NCBI RefSeq assembly: GCF_006345805.1
Contig: NC_043008.1
Coordinates: 51,832,001-51,896,000 of the forward strand
Length of the DNA stretch: 64,000 nt
DNA from: Octopus sinensis
Lineage: Eukaryota
Direction: 5' to 3'
Below the pieces are notes generated by a model that searched no databases, was not told where the DNA came from, and saw nothing but the letters and a program-made list of their open reading frames with translations. The translations under genes were made by a program, and so were the position numbers. Shown one piece after another: positions 63,650-64,000 of this stretch (position 1 is its first letter; every line of letters begins with the position of its first letter).

Positions 63650-64000
63650 ATAGTTGTGATAGCAACAAGCAGGCTGTTGCTGGTTAGTGGTGGGTGGATG
63701 GTTGATATATTAATTGCATTAGCAACAAGCTGGTGATTAATATATTAGTTGTGGTAGCAACAGATTGGTGGTTGGTGGGTGGTATGTTAGTTAGCAACTA
63801 GCTGGCAGTTGGTGGTTGAGGGTTGGAATTGTGGTGGCAGTAGTAGCAATCTGGTGGTTAGTGTTACAATAGCAACAGACTGGTGGCTGACATATTAATT
63901 GCAATAGCAACAAAGTGGTAATGGGTGGTTAGGTGGTATATTAATTGTGTTAGCAACAGAGTGGTAGTGGGTGGTTGGTATATTATTAGTTGTGATAGCA
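63650..64000. repeat. Degenerate G/T-rich minisatellite running off the window end
   Basis: Recurrent ATATTA(G/A)TTG(T/C)..TAGCAACA and GGTGGTTGG motifs. Confidence 0.65.

Overview
AT-rich, repeat-dense eukaryotic DNA. The SINE/LINE content and long microsatellites strongly suggest a coleoid cephalopod (Octopus-like); this is inferred, not proven. The only clear host gene is an intronless mitochondrial ribosomal protein L4 (MRPL4/uL4m, 18266-19177, +). The rest is mostly transposon debris: RLE-type (R4/Dong-like), RTE, CR1 and Penelope retroelements, a DD36E Tc1 element, mariner, hAT, Helitron-like and piggyBac-like pieces, and many SINEs. The most interesting structure is at 44.86-52.44 kb. 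A near-intact 5.26-kb L1/Tx1-clade LINE sits head-to-tail with a 2.32-kb derivative of itself at the same junction. The derivative lacks a 127-nt segment with exact GT..AG ends (consistent with a spliced, retrotransposed RNA) and 2.8 kb of ORF2, leaving essentially an ORF1-only element. The 3' tail of this LINE is shared with a tRNA-type SINE elsewhere in the window. The insertion site lies inside an old, diverged duplicate of the region upstream of MRPL4. Most repeat boundaries are approximate. Family names come from motif recognition, not database searches.
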